Below, piece after piece: positions 62,492 to 64,000 of a stretch of 64,000 bases of DNA (the stretch's first letter is position 1; each line of letters begins with the position of its first letter). Both the position numbers and the translations under genes were made by a program. This stretch comes from Mustelus asterias. Taxonomy: Eukaryota. The notes under the pieces are model-generated. The model made no database searches. It saw only the letters and a list, made by a program, of their open reading frames with translations, and was not told where the DNA came from. The DNA is taken from assembly GCF_964213995.1 (NCBI RefSeq), contig NW_027590623.1, positions 62,001 to 126,000 of the forward strand, in the 5' to 3' direction.

Positions 62492-62984
62492 ATGAGGGTG
62501 AAACTCTGTGACTCCGGTTATTGTCCTGATTACAGGTCTGTCATTTTGAACTTCTGCGTGAAATCCTCAATCACCATATTCATTCCTCATTTCCATCTGG
62601 AGGCGTTACTCCTTCTAACCCGCTGCGTGTCTGTTTTCTATTTTCAGAGATGAGTAACGGAGACTCAGTGCCGCAGTCAGAACCAGGAGAGGGTGAAGAT
62701 TCAGCAATGCCCTGCAGTTACTCGGTATCGAGTTCAGCTGTACAACATGACCTGTTCTGGTATCGCCAGTATACACTCCGAGCTCCTCAGTATCTGCTCA
62801 GAGCCGCGAGTTATTTGTTTACCGAGACGGCTCCTGGACTTGAACACTTGAACGGGAATCTCAACCTGAAACAAAGCACTTTTCACTTGTCTATGAAAGA
62901 TTAGAAGGTGACAGACAGCGCCGTGTATTACTGTGCACTGAGACCCAGAGTGAATGAGGCTCCCGCTGGCCTCATATAAAAACT
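62492..62984 (+). pseudogene. TRAV: TCR V pseudogene V3 (family A) with defective 23-RSS
   Basis: Leader exon 62492-62535 is 44 nt vs 46 in V1 (frameshift). V exon from 62648 has a 12-nt FR1 deletion and TAG at 62902-62904. Heptamer CAGAGTG (62946-62952), 23-nt spacer, ATAAAAACT. Confidence 0.93.
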
Positions 62985-63866
62985 GGCGCAGGTCGAAAAT
63001 CAATGGTTCATTGTCAGGACAACACATGGGGTTAAAAATCAGAGAAAATGTACCCATAGTACGTGACAATACAGCCCCATCTGAGTGTTTTCGCTCACTG
63101 AGGTAAATGATTGTCACTGTTGGAAAATTTGGCATATATTTACTTGTTTATACCAGATCAATTCCAATCATTCCTCGATACCATTCACACAAATCCGCAG
63201 ATCTACCAGGTGAACAACGTCATCAATCTATCCTTTAAATGTTCCAGATCAGTTAACTGTCTGCACCTTTCAAAAGTGATCAAATATCTAAAGGCAGGTT
63301 TAGAGTTGTCACATGTTGAAGTTGCTGGGTTAAAAATATTGACTGACTGAAATCAGTGCTTTCCCAGTGGAACCGCATCTCAATGCGGAGTTGGGTAATT
63401 ACGTTTTCCCGGTGTACTTAGAACGGTGTCTATTAATTATCCTCATACCCTGGACACTAATTACCTGTGCATCAGACAGATTTCAAATTATCTGTTCCAT
63501 TTTTCACCTTGATTGAAAAGATCTACCTAAAGAAATATACCGACATTGAGTTGGAAAGAAAGCTAGTTAAACAGAGAAAGAGACCGAATGACTGAGAATG
63601 TGACAGAGAGCAAGAGGGTGAGAAAGACGCACTCAGCCTGGGCTACAATTTGATTGGAGAAAGCCAGCTGCACTTCGTCGTCAGCAAACAGTGATTGGTC
63701 CAAAGCTAACGTCATCTCAGGGAGGCTCGCCAATCACAAAACTGAGAAACGCCCCCCAGTTTCCCAATAATTGCAGTTGCCTCTGATCTGAGTTGACTCT
63801 GTGATATAAACTAGAAGCAGCAACATCGTTTAAACAGTGTCGCTGCTTACTGTCCAATCAGGAACC

Positions 63867-64000
63867 ATGTGTTCCCTGTGTGCTTTACTGATAATAATGG
63901 TCATGCTGCCCGGTGAGTCTGAGCTCAAATCCCCAGTGTGCATGGGTGATATTTACTCACAGATTTCTCACACATTCTATATGTTGTTACAGGAACCAAT
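63867..64000 (+). CDS. TRAV: TCR V segment V4 (family B), partial: leader exon 63867-63912, V exon begins 63993
   Basis: Leader identical to V2; acceptor TTACAG|GAACCAAT homologous to V2; truncated by the window end. Confidence 0.88.
   Translation, partial: MCSLCALLIIMVMLPGESELKSPVCMGDIYSQISHTFYMLLQEP

Noticed and set aside
58421-64000. NAR-TCR or IgH-like V cassette
   Set aside because: All four segments have leaders and the three complete ones have TCR-type motifs (LFWY.QY, CAL[R/S]); no D or J segment seen between paired Vs.

Overview
Vertebrate genomic DNA, most likely a shark or other elasmobranch (inferred from abundant HE1/V-SINE-type tRNA SINEs, CR1-type LINE fragments and T-cell receptor V segments). 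The window has two parts. (1) 1-56290 is a tandem segmental-duplication array with a ~21-25 kb period (position 1 = 20829 = 45549). It is mostly SINE/LINE debris, microsatellites and a 52-bp minisatellite. It also carries a CpG-island promoter with triplicated YY1+RFX-like modules and a CTCF motif, plus degenerate exon remnants: an RI-type LRR on the minus strand and a WD40-like exon on the plus strand. (2) 56291-64000 is unique sequence with four TCR alpha/delta-type V segments on the + strand, arranged as a duplicated two-family cassette: V1 (family A, ORF with mutated first start codon), V2 (family B, apparently functional), V3 (family A pseudogene) and V4 (family B, cut by the window end). 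V1-V3 end in 23-bp-spacer RSSs, and there are family-specific CTCF or CRE/CCAAT promoter motifs. I found no D, J or C segments and no intact non-TCR gene. Most ORFs in the supplied track are repeat-derived. I do not claim a new biological system; the best leads are the V-cassette/CTCF architecture and the promoter-bearing duplicon truncated next to the first visible V gene. All alignments and motif calls were made by eye.
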